Assembly (NCBI GenBank): GCA_964601305.1 | Contig: CAZRMW010000004.1 | Coordinates: 434 to 64,433, forward strand | DNA length: 64,000 nucleotides | Direction: 5' to 3' | DNA from: an uncultured Candidatus Saccharibacteria bacterium | Lineage (GTDB): Bacteria; Patescibacteriota; Minisyncoccia; JAHISW01; Tagabacteraceae | Shown: piece by piece, positions 34,531 to 42,787 of the stretch | How positions within the stretch are numbered: position 1 is the first letter of the stretch | How the letters are laid out: each line of letters starts with the position of its first letter | The notes under the pieces: model-generated | The model's input: only the letters and a program-made list of their open reading frames with translations | Databases searched by the model: none | Told to the model about the DNA's origin: nothing | Made by a program: the position numbers and the translations under genes

Positions 34531-34935
34531 GTTCGTTTTGAGTATCATAAGCCGAATTCTGTTTTCACTAAATAGTGAATGTAGTCATTTATCTGTCGCG
34601 TTAGTTACCTAACGGATCAAGCGACACAGACTAGGCACTAGCCACTAGGGACTAGTTACTAGAATACGGTCTTGCACTTGGGTAGGAATTTAGCACGTTT
34701 CACCTCTAATATTACTATTAGAGCTCGCCCAGTCATTCGACTGGGCGATTTTATCTTTGCAGATAAAATCGTCTCTGTTCGCATCCCGTGGATTACTCCA
34801 GAAGGGTATTACCCTCTACCTTGCTGCTTTGTCTTGTTTTAACCACGCTTAGACAAAGCAAGTGTTCGGACTTTCCTCTCCGATGCTCGCCTTTGGCGAG
34901 AGCGGAGCAACTACTCAACTCAAAACTACTACAAG
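34531..34935 (-). ncRNA. rnpB: RNase P RNA (bacterial type A-like).
   Basis: On the minus strand the conserved elements appear in order. P4 5' strand GAGGAAAGTCCGAAC. P3 hairpin CTCGCCAAAGGCGAG. P8/P9 GGGTAATACCC and GGAGTAATCC. ACAGAGA junction. AGGTGAAACGTGC matches CR-III. The L15 region TAGGTAAC. AGATAAATGACT matches CR-IV. P18 hairpin. ACAGAATTCGGCTTATGA matches CR-V and completes P4. P1 pairs GTTTTGAGT with ACTCAAAAC. Confidence 0.8.
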
Positions 34936-35093
34936 CATACCATATATAAATAATATTGTAAATGGTTCTACAGGCGCTTTTTATCCCCATTTTATCATTT
35001 TGGAGATGCTTGCCCTGAGTTTAATCGAAAAGGTATAATAAAAAATAAGTTATTTGTTGTTTAAATTATTTTAAAAATTAAAAATAAAAATAT

Positions 35094-37493
35094 ATGAGGA
35101 AAAAAAAAGAAGAAACAGAGGTTTCTCTTGAGGAAACCATTATTGAAGATTATTCGCCTGGTAAAAATGCAAGCAAATGGAAGAATTTTTCTTACTATTT
35201 GTTTTTAGCACTTGCTTTTCTTTTGCCTTTTTGGGCAGTGCCTGTAGCAGGTTTTGGACTATCTGCAAGCAAAAGCCTCCTTACTTTTGTGTTTGTGCTT
35301 CTGGCTGCGGTTTTTTATTTAGTGCACATTTTACAGAAGGGTAAAATTAGATATCCCGGAAGCGTGGCTTTTTGGGCAATTGGCGCAGCACTGTTTATTA
35401 CTTTACTTTCTACTATTTTTTCTGTTTCTTTTGGTTCGTCTATGTTTGGAGCGGGCGTAGGAACTTTTAGCTCTTTGGTGATATTAAGCATTGCTTTTTT
35501 CTTAGTCGCTACACTTTTTCAGTCAGAAAAATACGTCCTTAATTTTTTCTTTTTGTTTATCGTTTCTTCTTTGATTGTGTTTGTTGCACAAGTTTTCAGG
35601 TCTATTTTTGGTATAAGTTTTTGGGGTCTTTTGCCAAATACGACAGATAGCTTGGTAGGTTCGTGGAACGAATTAAGTATATTTTTTGGTTTTATAGCTT
35701 TACTCTCTGTTATTGTCTTAGAGTTTTTTGGAGAGAAATTGGCAGAAATAGAATCTGGAAGAAAATGGAGAATATTTTTGTTTTTTATTTTAGGTGTATC
35801 ACTATTGGTGATGGTGTTTGTCAATTTTGTTTCAGCTTGGGTCGTTTTGGGGCTATTACTTTTAATTTTTCTTGTATATTTATTTTCTGCTTTTGGAGTT
35901 AAAAGGAGTTTTGTTAGATTACCCTTTTTTGTTATTCTTATTGCTTTGTTTTTTATTTTAGCAAGACCGCTTGTTGGAGATGTTGTTTCTTCTCTCGGCT
36001 TCGGTGTTTATGATGTAAGACCGTCTTGGGGGGCTACTTTTGCTGTGGTGAAGGACACACTTGGTGATGGTGCGAAAAATACTATTTTGGGTTCTGGTCC
36101 AAATACCTTTGTTTATGATTGGGTAAAATTTAAACCAGCAGAAATTAACCAAACAATCTTTTGGAATGTTAGATTTCAAAATGGAATAGGTCTTTTACCT
36201 ACATTTTTGGCAACAACGGGCGTGCTTAGTGTAATTGCTTGGCTTGTATTTTTAGGCTTTGTTGTTTTTTACGGTCTTAAAACGGTGGGATATTCCGAAA
36301 ACAGTATGACCAAGGGTCTGCTTTTTGGCTCTTTTCTAGGATCTGTTTATCTTTGGATTTTTTCTATTATTTATGTACCAGGCAATCTTCTTTTGTCTTT
36401 AACGTTTTTGGTTACTGGCTTATTCTTTGCCATGTTGGTAAAGACAGGCTTTCTTGAGATGAAAGAATTTTCTTTCGAAAAAAAGGCAAGCACTGGGTTT
36501 ATTTCTTCTTTAACGGTTGTGGTTTTGATTTTGGTGGGCGTCTCTAGTTTTTATACAGTTTTTCAAAAGAATTTTGCTTCATACTCTTATATTCAAGGAT
36601 TAAAAGCTTTCAACATTGAGGGCAATCTAGACAAAGCTGAGAAGTCTTTTTTGAGAGCTGCTCGCTTTGACAAAAAAGATGTTTATTATAGAACCTTAAC
36701 CGAACTTGGGATGGTTCGTTTATCTTTACTACTGCAACAAACAAACATGCCACAAGAAGAAGCTAGAACAGTTTTTCAAAATACTTTGGCGACAACAATT
36801 CAAAATGCAAAGACGGCAGCAAGTTTAAACAAGAATGATCCCAGAAACTGGATGATGTTGGGCAATGTGTATAGAGAAATAATCCCTTTTAATATAGAGG
36901 GGGCTAGAGAGGCAGCACTCGATGCTTATGCGAAGGTATTGGAGATTGCTCCTACTGATCCAAGTCCGTTTCTTTCTGCGGCTCAATTAGAACTACAGGC
37001 AAAAAATATTGATGTTGCAAAAAACTACCTAAACTCTGCTTTGACGTTGAAGGGTAATTATACCGATGCTTTGTTCTTACTGTCTCAAATTGCTGCACAA
37101 GAGGGAGATTTGGAAAGTGCAATTAGGCAGACGGAGATTGCTAGGCTTACCGCACCTAACGATGTGGGTATTCTTTTCCAGTTGGGGATGTTGTATTATC
37201 AAAACAAAGACCTTGCTAGTGCGCAAAGTGTTTTTGAAAGACTTGTTTCTGTAAGCCCGAGCTATTCTAATGCAAGATATTTCTTAGGTCTCATTTATGA
37301 AAAAAACGACAATATAAAGGGTGCTATAGAGCAATTTAAGACCATAGAATCATTAAATCCGGATAATGAGGAAATAAAAACAATATTGTCTAACCTAAAC
37401 AAGGGAAGATCTGCTTTGTCTAATATTTCTCCACCTCAGCCAGCACCAGAAGAAAGAGACGAAGCTCCAATAGATGAAGACGAAGAAGAATAA
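35094..37493 (+). CDS. Polytopic membrane protein with a C-terminal TPR domain, of the O-antigen ligase/polymerase (Wzy_C-like) plus TPR architecture.
   Basis: ~12 TM helices, then TPR repeats (AKVLEIAPTDPSPFL...), with an acidic C-terminus. Confidence 0.4.
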   Translation: MRKKKEETEVSLEETIIEDYSPGKNASKWKNFSYYLFLALAFLLPFWAVPVAGFGLSASKSLLTFVFVLLAAVFYLVHILQKGKIRYPGSVAFWAIGAALFITLLSTIFSVSFGSSMFGAGVGTFSSLVILSIAFFLVATLFQSEKYVLNFFFLFIVSSLIVFVAQVFRSIFGISFWGLLPNTTDSLVGSWNELSIFFGFIALLSVIVLEFFGEKLAEIESGRKWRIFLFFILGVSLLVMVFVNFVSAWVVLGLLLLIFLVYLFSAFGVKRSFVRLPFFVILIALFFILARPLVGDVVSSLGFGVYDVRPSWGATFAVVKDTLGDGAKNTILGSGPNTFVYDWVKFKPAEINQTIFWNVRFQNGIGLLPTFLATTGVLSVIAWLVFLGFVVFYGLKTVGYSENSMTKGLLFGSFLGSVYLWIFSIIYVPGNLLLSLTFLVTGLFFAMLVKTGFLEMKEFSFEKKASTGFISSLTVVVLILVGVSSFYTVFQKNFASYSYIQGLKAFNIEGNLDKAEKSFLRAARFDKKDVYYRTLTELGMVRLSLLLQQTNMPQEEARTVFQNTLATTIQNAKTAASLNKNDPRNWMMLGNVYREIIPFNIEGAREAALDAYAKVLEIAPTDPSPFLSAAQLELQAKNIDVAKNYLNSALTLKGNYTDALFLLSQIAAQEGDLESAIRQTEIARLTAPNDVGILFQLGMLYYQNKDLASAQSVFERLVSVSPSYSNARYFLGLIYEKNDNIKGAIEQFKTIESLNPDNEEIKTILSNLNKGRSALSNISPPQPAPEERDEAPIDEDEEE

Positions 37494-37515
37494 AATAAAG
37501 GATGAACCCCGTACG

Positions 37516-37584
37516 AAATATCTAGAATATTGTCTACGGGAAAAGTAAGTGAACAAAGATTAGTTAATCGAATTTCGTACGGGA
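37516..37584 (+). promoter_or_regulatory. Perfect 12-bp inverted repeat (CCCGTACGAAAT...ATTTCGTACGGG) whose right arm abuts the probable murJ start codon.
   Basis: The arms are at 37516-37527 and 37573-37584, and the ATG is at 37584. Confidence 0.4.
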
Positions 37585-39266
37585 TGAAGATTTTAAAATT
37601 TTTAGACAAAGAAGTAAATGGTTTGCACCAGGCCGCGTTTTTCTTAGCCTTTGCCTCAATAGGGGCAAAGGTTTTGGCTGTGCTCCGAGACAGATTACTT
37701 GCTTCTAGTTTTGGGGCAGGTGAAATGCTTGATGTTTATTATGCATCTTTTAGGGTGCCAGATATCATTTATGTATTTACTCTTTTTATCGTTTCAACTA
37801 CAGCTCTTATACCAATTTTCTTAGGAAAAAAAGATAAAAAAGGGGAAGCAAGGGTTTTTATAAATAGTATTTTCACCGTTTTTTTTATAGCCATAATTAT
37901 TCTTTTGGCGTTTTCTTATTTTTTAATTCCTTTTGTAGTAGATGTTATAGCCCCTGGTTTTTCCGAAGAAAATACCAACACACTAATTGATTTAAGTAGA
38001 GTCTTGCTTTTGTCTCCACTATTTTTAGGTATTTCGAATTTAGTCTCAAGCGTCATACAGTCTTATAGAAGGTTTCTGGCATATGCACTTAGTGGTGTCG
38101 TTTATAATGCAGGGATTATTGTTGGAGTGGTTTTTCTTTATCCTAAAATGGGCATATTAGGTGTGGCTTGGGGTGTTGTTTTTGGAGCACTCTTTCATTT
38201 TTTGATTCAAGTTCCTTCGATAATACAATTAGGATATTTCCCTGTTTTTAGTTTTTCTTTTTTAAGAAAAGAAATATTATTTGACATTAAAAGGGTTATA
38301 AAACTTTCTTTTCCAAGAACTTTAGGTCTGACATTAAATCAACTGGTCTTGGTGGTAATTACATCTCTAGCATCGTTTTTGGCAGCAGGGAGTATAGCTA
38401 TTTTTAACTTAGCTTCTAACCTTCAGGCAATACCTTTGGGGGTAATAGCCTTAAGTTATAGTGTTGCTGCTTTTCCATCACTGGCAAAAAGTTTTTTAAG
38501 AAAAGATATAAAAAAATTCGTATCGTCCGTGGTGTCTTCTTTAAGACATATTCTTTTTTGGCTTTTACCTGCTTCAGTTCTTTTTATTGTTCTTAGGGCT
38601 CAAGTTGTGAGAGTTGTTTTGGGTGCAGGAGAATTTAGTTGGGCAGACACCAGGCTAACAGCGGCGGCGCTGGCTTTGTTTGCAGTATCTCTTTTTGCTC
38701 AAGGACTTATTTTACTTTTGGTGAGAGCTTTTTATGCTTCAGGAGAAACAAAAATTCCTCTTTTTGTTAATATATTTTCTTCTTTAATTATTGTGATTTT
38801 TTCTTTTGGATTAGTTTATATATTTAAAAGCTTTGTTTTTGTTCAGACATTTTTTGACAGGATGCTCAGAGTAGAAGATGTTTCTGGTACTACTATTTTG
38901 GCTTTGGCGTTGGCTTTTTCTTTGGGGACTATCATTAACTTCTTAATTTTATTTTTATTTTTTGAGAAAAAGTTTGGGAATATATTGCCACATATAAAGA
39001 AGTCTGTTTGCCAGATTTTGTTTGTGTCTATTCTGATTGGAATTGTTGCATATCTGGGGCTGATAGTATTTGATGATTTTTTTAATCTAGACACCTTTTG
39101 GGGGATTTTTCTTCAAGGGTTATTATCTGGAATAATAGCAATTGCCTGCGGATTTATTTTGCTTAAAATTTTGAAAAATAAAGAGTTTGAAGAAATATCA
39201 GAATCTTTAAAGAAAAAGTTTTTCAGCAAACCAGCATCTGGGCCAGAAGTAGAAGACTTGTTATAA
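37584..39266 (+). CDS. murJ: Lipid II flippase MurJ (MviN). The ATG at 37530 is an alternative start.
   Basis: LAFASIGAKVLAVLRDRLLASSFGAG.MLDVYYASFRVPD is the MurJ N-terminal signature. ~14 TM. Confidence 0.7.
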   Translation: MKILKFLDKEVNGLHQAAFFLAFASIGAKVLAVLRDRLLASSFGAGEMLDVYYASFRVPDIIYVFTLFIVSTTALIPIFLGKKDKKGEARVFINSIFTVFFIAIIILLAFSYFLIPFVVDVIAPGFSEENTNTLIDLSRVLLLSPLFLGISNLVSSVIQSYRRFLAYALSGVVYNAGIIVGVVFLYPKMGILGVAWGVVFGALFHFLIQVPSIIQLGYFPVFSFSFLRKEILFDIKRVIKLSFPRTLGLTLNQLVLVVITSLASFLAAGSIAIFNLASNLQAIPLGVIALSYSVAAFPSLAKSFLRKDIKKFVSSVVSSLRHILFWLLPASVLFIVLRAQVVRVVLGAGEFSWADTRLTAAALALFAVSLFAQGLILLLVRAFYASGETKIPLFVNIFSSLIIVIFSFGLVYIFKSFVFVQTFFDRMLRVEDVSGTTILALALAFSLGTIINFLILFLFFEKKFGNILPHIKKSVCQILFVSILIGIVAYLGLIVFDDFFNLDTFWGIFLQGLLSGIIAIACGFILLKILKNKEFEEISESLKKKFFSKPASGPEVEDLL

Positions 39267-39271
39267 AAAGT

Positions 39272-39300
39272 AAAAGCTCCAACGCAAATTGGAGCTTTTT
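39272..39300. terminator. Bidirectional intrinsic terminator (AAAGCTCCAA-CGCAAA-TTGGAGCTTTT).
   Basis: A perfect stem with flanking A/T runs, between convergent murJ and the lipoprotein gene. Confidence 0.6.
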
Positions 39301-39314
39301 ATATAAATATTTTT

Positions 39315-39686
39315 CTAGAATTCTATTCTTATCAAAGCCTTTGCTTCGTTTTCAAAAGGCCTTATTTTTAGAGAGACAGAGGTTCTATCTAAAAGTGTTT
39401 TGATTTGTGTTTTTTCTTTTTTGCTATCTACGTCTGAAGTCTTTTTTATGCGATCACGAATCTCTCCTAAATTCCAATTGGGAGAAAATTTTTCTCCGTA
39501 GCCTTCAATTCTTTTTGCAACTTCTTCTATGTGAGGACCATAGTCTTTCCACGATGGGTTTTCTACCCGCACGACTTCTAGCGGTCTGTAAATACTCTTT
39601 TTGCCGACCGTCTTGCATCCTAACAACAAAAAAACACTAGATAAAACAAAACAAATCATTAATAACGCCTTATTTTTGGCATACAT
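39315..39686 (-). CDS. Lipoprotein, hypothetical. The start is taken at MYAKNK, because the longer ORF would overlap the divergent lepA start.
   Basis: Signal peptide with the lipobox LLLGC. Confidence 0.45.
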   Translation of the reverse strand: MYAKNKALLMICFVLSSVFLLLGCKTVGKKSIYRPLEVVRVENPSWKDYGPHIEEVAKRIEGYGEKFSPNWNLGEIRDRIKKTSDVDSKKEKTQIKTLLDRTSVSLKIRPFENEAKALIRIEF

Positions 39687-39764
39687 TTTTCTTTTCCTTG
39701 TCTTTTTAGTTGTGAAAGTCTCTGTTTTTTGCTCTAATATTAAGAAAGCATATAGAATGTAAAG

Positions 39765-42071
39765 ATGCAAGAGAACAAAAAAACAACTGAAAATATACGC
39801 AATTTTTGTATTATTGCACACATAGACCATGGTAAATCTACCTTGGCTGATAGGCTATTGGAATTAACAAATACAGTTGAAGAAAGGAAAATGAAAAATC
39901 AAGTTTTAGACCAAATGGAACTTGAGAGGGAAAGAGGTATAACTATAAAAATGCAGCCTGTTAAAATGATTTACCTGATAAACCATTTTAACCGCGGACT
40001 TACGCAGAAAAAGACGCAGAAAAACGCGGAAAAGCTTTTGTATAGCGATCTTACTTATAAGATTCGTGGGATATTATTTAATGTTAGAAAAAAAATTGGG
40101 TTAGGCCACAAAGAACAAGTTTATCATAATGCGTTAGAAATAGAATTTAAAAATGCAGGGTTGAGATTTGAGAGCAAAAAGAATATTCCAATTTTATACA
40201 ATAACAAAAAAATAGGCATGTACCAGCCTGATTTTTTGGTAGAGGATAAGGTTATGATTGAATTAAAAGCCCTGCCAGAAATAGGAAGAACGCAGAGAGA
40301 GCAGATTTGGTCTTATCTAAAAGGGTGTGAATATAAACTTGCTTTGTTGGTTAATTTTGGTTCTAGGGATTTGGAAATTAAAAGAATTGTTTACGATACA
40401 GCTCGGGAGTTTTCTGCGTCTTCTGCGTTAAGTCTGCGGGATTCAGCGGGAGTGGAAGATAAGATTGAGAATTATATTCTCAATCTTATCGACACTCCAG
40501 GGCATATAGATTTTTCTTACGAAGTTTCCAGGTCTTTAAAGGCTGTCGAGGGAGCAGTGCTTTTGGTTGATGCCACACAAGGAGTGCAAGCACAAACTAT
40601 TTCTAATCTAGAAATAGCAAGATCTCTCGATTTAGTAATTGTACCAGTGATAAACAAGATAGATAGTCCACTAGCAAGAACAGACGAGGTAAAGAAAGAA
40701 ATTGTGGAGATACTTAATTGTAAAGAAGAAGATGTTTTGGAGGTGTCAGCAAAAACTAGCGAGGGGGTAGAAAAACTTCTTGAAGAAGTCATCTCTCGTG
40801 TTCCTTCTCCGCGTCGAAGCCAGGCTTTGACGCAAAATTTGAAAGCTCTAGTTTTCGATTTTGAATACTCTTCGCATAAAGGGATAATACTTTATGTTAG
40901 GATTATGGGTGGATCTATAAAAAAGGGAGACAAAGTTTTTCTTTTTCAAACCGGCAAAGATTTTATTGCTAGCGAAGTGGGTATTTTTACCCCATCTCCA
41001 AAAAGTAAAAATAGTTTAGAAAATGGAGAAATAGGATATATAATAACTAGTCTGAAAGAAACAAACATTGCTTCTGTTGGTGATACTTTGTTTTCTTTTT
41101 CTGAAAAAAATAATCCAGATTTATTACCACTGAAGGGGTACAAAACACCCTCGCCAGTAGTTTGGGCTAGTATTTATCCAGAATCTCAAGATGATTTTAT
41201 GAGCCTGAGACAATCACTAGAAAGGCTTAGTTTGGCAGATAGCTCTTTAAGTTTTGAAGAGGAAGAAAGCGGTATTTTGGGGCGTGGATTTAGGTGTGGT
41301 TTTTTGGGAATGCTACACCTTGAGATTGTTGCAGAGCGTCTTAAAAGAGAGTTTAATCTTGATTTGATTGTAGCTACTCCAAGCGTCGTTTATAAAATTG
41401 AAGATCAAAATGGCAATGAGAAAGAAATATATTCAGCAGCACTTTTTCCAGAAAGTCATCAAATAAAAAAAATTTTTGAGCCGTGGGTAGACATAAAAAT
41501 AATGACTCCTTTTGAAAAAATGAATGACGTAATGCAGGTACTTAAAAGACACAAGGCAATAATTGGTGATACTGAAGATTTTGGTAGTGACAGAATAGTA
41601 ATAAAAAATCAAATGCCACTTAGAGAGATGATGAACAATTTCTTTGAGGATTTAAAGAGTGCTACATCGGGCTATGCATCACTTAGCTACGAAATTATAG
41701 ACGAAAGACCCGGAGACCTTGTTTGTTTAAAAGTTTTGTTAAACGATGAGGTTATTCCTGCTTTTTCAAAAATTGTAGAAAGGGGAGATATACAAAGAGA
41801 GGCGAAAAATTTAGCTGAAAAACTGAAGAAATTTTTACCTAAAGCTCTGTTTGTTATAAAAATTCAGGTAAAAGCCTTGGGAAGAATTTTGGCAGCTCAA
41901 AGAATTTCGGCTTTAAAAAAGGATGTGACAGGGCATTTGTACGGGGGAGATATAAGCAGAAAACAAAAACTTTGGAAAAAACAAAAAAAGGGTAAAGAAA
42001 AATTAAAAAAACACGGGAAGGTAAATATTCCTCACAGTGTTTTTATAAATATGATAAAAAATAGGGATTAG
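39765..42071 (+). CDS. lepA: Elongation factor 4 (LepA) carrying a ~165-aa in-frame insertion between the G2 and G3 motifs.
   Basis: FCIIAHIDHGKSTLADRLL, GITIKMQ, [insert], LIDTPGHIDFSYEVSRSL, VVPVINKID, plus the LepA C-terminal domain. The total is 768 aa against ~600 typical. Confidence 0.85.
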   Translation: MQENKKTTENIRNFCIIAHIDHGKSTLADRLLELTNTVEERKMKNQVLDQMELERERGITIKMQPVKMIYLINHFNRGLTQKKTQKNAEKLLYSDLTYKIRGILFNVRKKIGLGHKEQVYHNALEIEFKNAGLRFESKKNIPILYNNKKIGMYQPDFLVEDKVMIELKALPEIGRTQREQIWSYLKGCEYKLALLVNFGSRDLEIKRIVYDTAREFSASSALSLRDSAGVEDKIENYILNLIDTPGHIDFSYEVSRSLKAVEGAVLLVDATQGVQAQTISNLEIARSLDLVIVPVINKIDSPLARTDEVKKEIVEILNCKEEDVLEVSAKTSEGVEKLLEEVISRVPSPRRSQALTQNLKALVFDFEYSSHKGIILYVRIMGGSIKKGDKVFLFQTGKDFIASEVGIFTPSPKSKNSLENGEIGYIITSLKETNIASVGDTLFSFSEKNNPDLLPLKGYKTPSPVVWASIYPESQDDFMSLRQSLERLSLADSSLSFEEEESGILGRGFRCGFLGMLHLEIVAERLKREFNLDLIVATPSVVYKIEDQNGNEKEIYSAALFPESHQIKKIFEPWVDIKIMTPFEKMNDVMQVLKRHKAIIGDTEDFGSDRIVIKNQMPLREMMNNFFEDLKSATSGYASLSYEIIDERPGDLVCLKVLLNDEVIPAFSKIVERGDIQREAKNLAEKLKKFLPKALFVIKIQVKALGRILAAQRISALKKDVTGHLYGGDISRKQKLWKKQKKGKEKLKKHGKVNIPHSVFINMIKNRD
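39978..40478 (+). mobile_element. IVS-type insertion within lepA. It encodes a GxxExxY-family (TIGR04256-like, PD-(D/E)xK-like) domain and is bounded by ~30-bp imperfect inverted repeats.
   Basis: The GHKEQVY motif and NALEIEF are present. The left arm aaccgcggacttacgcagaaaaagacgcagaaaaacgcgg at 39990-40029 is the reverse complement, with ~85% identity, of the right arm gagttttctgcgtcttctgcgttaagtctgcggg at 40407-40440. Confidence 0.65.
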
Positions 42072-42214
42072 AACTTCTTAATAAAAAAGTGGTACAATTA
42101 AGTAGGCGACCATACTAATGATAACGATAACGCCTATAAATGACCAAATAATTCTATTTATTTTTTTACTTTTTTTAGAAAATAACATCCTTTAATTATA
42201 CCTCAAAACAATCT

Positions 42215-42601
42215 ATGAAAGAAATAAGACAAAGAAGCCGTTTTAGAAAGATGTTTTTTTCTTTGCCGGTTCTTTTGTTCTTTTTAGCTGTTTGTGTGTT
42301 TTTTTCTGTTTCCTTGCTAAAGATTTATAAAAAAAGTAGAAACGCAGTTTTAAGCAACGAATCAGTAATAGAAGAAATAGGGAAAATAGAAAAAAGAGAG
42401 AAGGATTTGTCGGCAAGCATTAATCAATTGAGGGGCGGGTTTGGTGCAGAAAAAGAATTACGCGAAAAATTTAATGTAAAAAAACCAGGAGAGGAGTTTG
42501 TGGTAATAATAGATAATAGTAAAAAGGGTGAAGAGGACACAGACAAAGAAAAGAAGGATCAGGGATTTTTCAAAAAAGTTTTAGAATTACTAAAGTTTTA
42601 A
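42215..42601 (+). CDS. Septum formation initiator (FtsB/DivIC-like) protein.
   Basis: N-terminal TM, a coiled coil, then LRGGFGAEKELREKFNVKKPGEEFVVI. Confidence 0.5.
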   Translation: MKEIRQRSRFRKMFFSLPVLLFFLAVCVFFSVSLLKIYKKSRNAVLSNESVIEEIGKIEKREKDLSASINQLRGGFGAEKELREKFNVKKPGEEFVVIIDNSKKGEEDTDKEKKDQGFFKKVLELLKF

Positions 42602-42700
42602 AAACCTACCCTATAGCACGCTATCGCCCGAGTTAGAGTAGGTTTCAAAAAAGGTACAAAGTCTAGTGGTCGCGGAGGTTTGTACTTTTTTGTTTTTGGT
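42601..42700. repeat. Composite repeat R1, copy 2.
   Basis: aaacctaccctatagcacgctatcgcccgagttagagtaggttt followed by aaaaaggtacaaagtctagtggtcgcggaggtttgtac. Confidence 0.8.
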
Positions 42701-42787
42701 GGCGTAAAGTAGTTTAATATGCTAGCTTTAGGATAGAAAAAATAAATTTTCTTTAACATTTAATGCGCTTAACAGGAGGGGTCGAAC

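Noticed and set aside
34629-34662. Five-fold tandem ACTAGNN repeat in an ORF-free GC-rich region, first suspected to be a novel repeat or iteron array within an unknown ncRNA.
   Set aside because: Reading the minus strand shows the whole of 34531-34935 to be RNase P RNA, with P4, CR-III, CR-IV and CR-V all present. The CTAG periodicity comes from two small CTAG-palindrome hairpins in its P13/P14 region.
39687-39830. N-terminal extension of the minus-strand lipoprotein ORF (track 39315..39830).
   Set aside because: The extension would overlap the divergent lepA start at 39765. The lipobox signal peptide begins at the internal MYAKNK Met at 39686.
39978-40478. The lepA insertion as an intein.
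   Set aside because: The insert begins with Leu rather than Cys/Ser/Thr, lacks the terminal His-Asn plus nucleophile, and has no intein blocks. The inverted-repeat-bounded GxxExxY content fits an IVS-type element instead.
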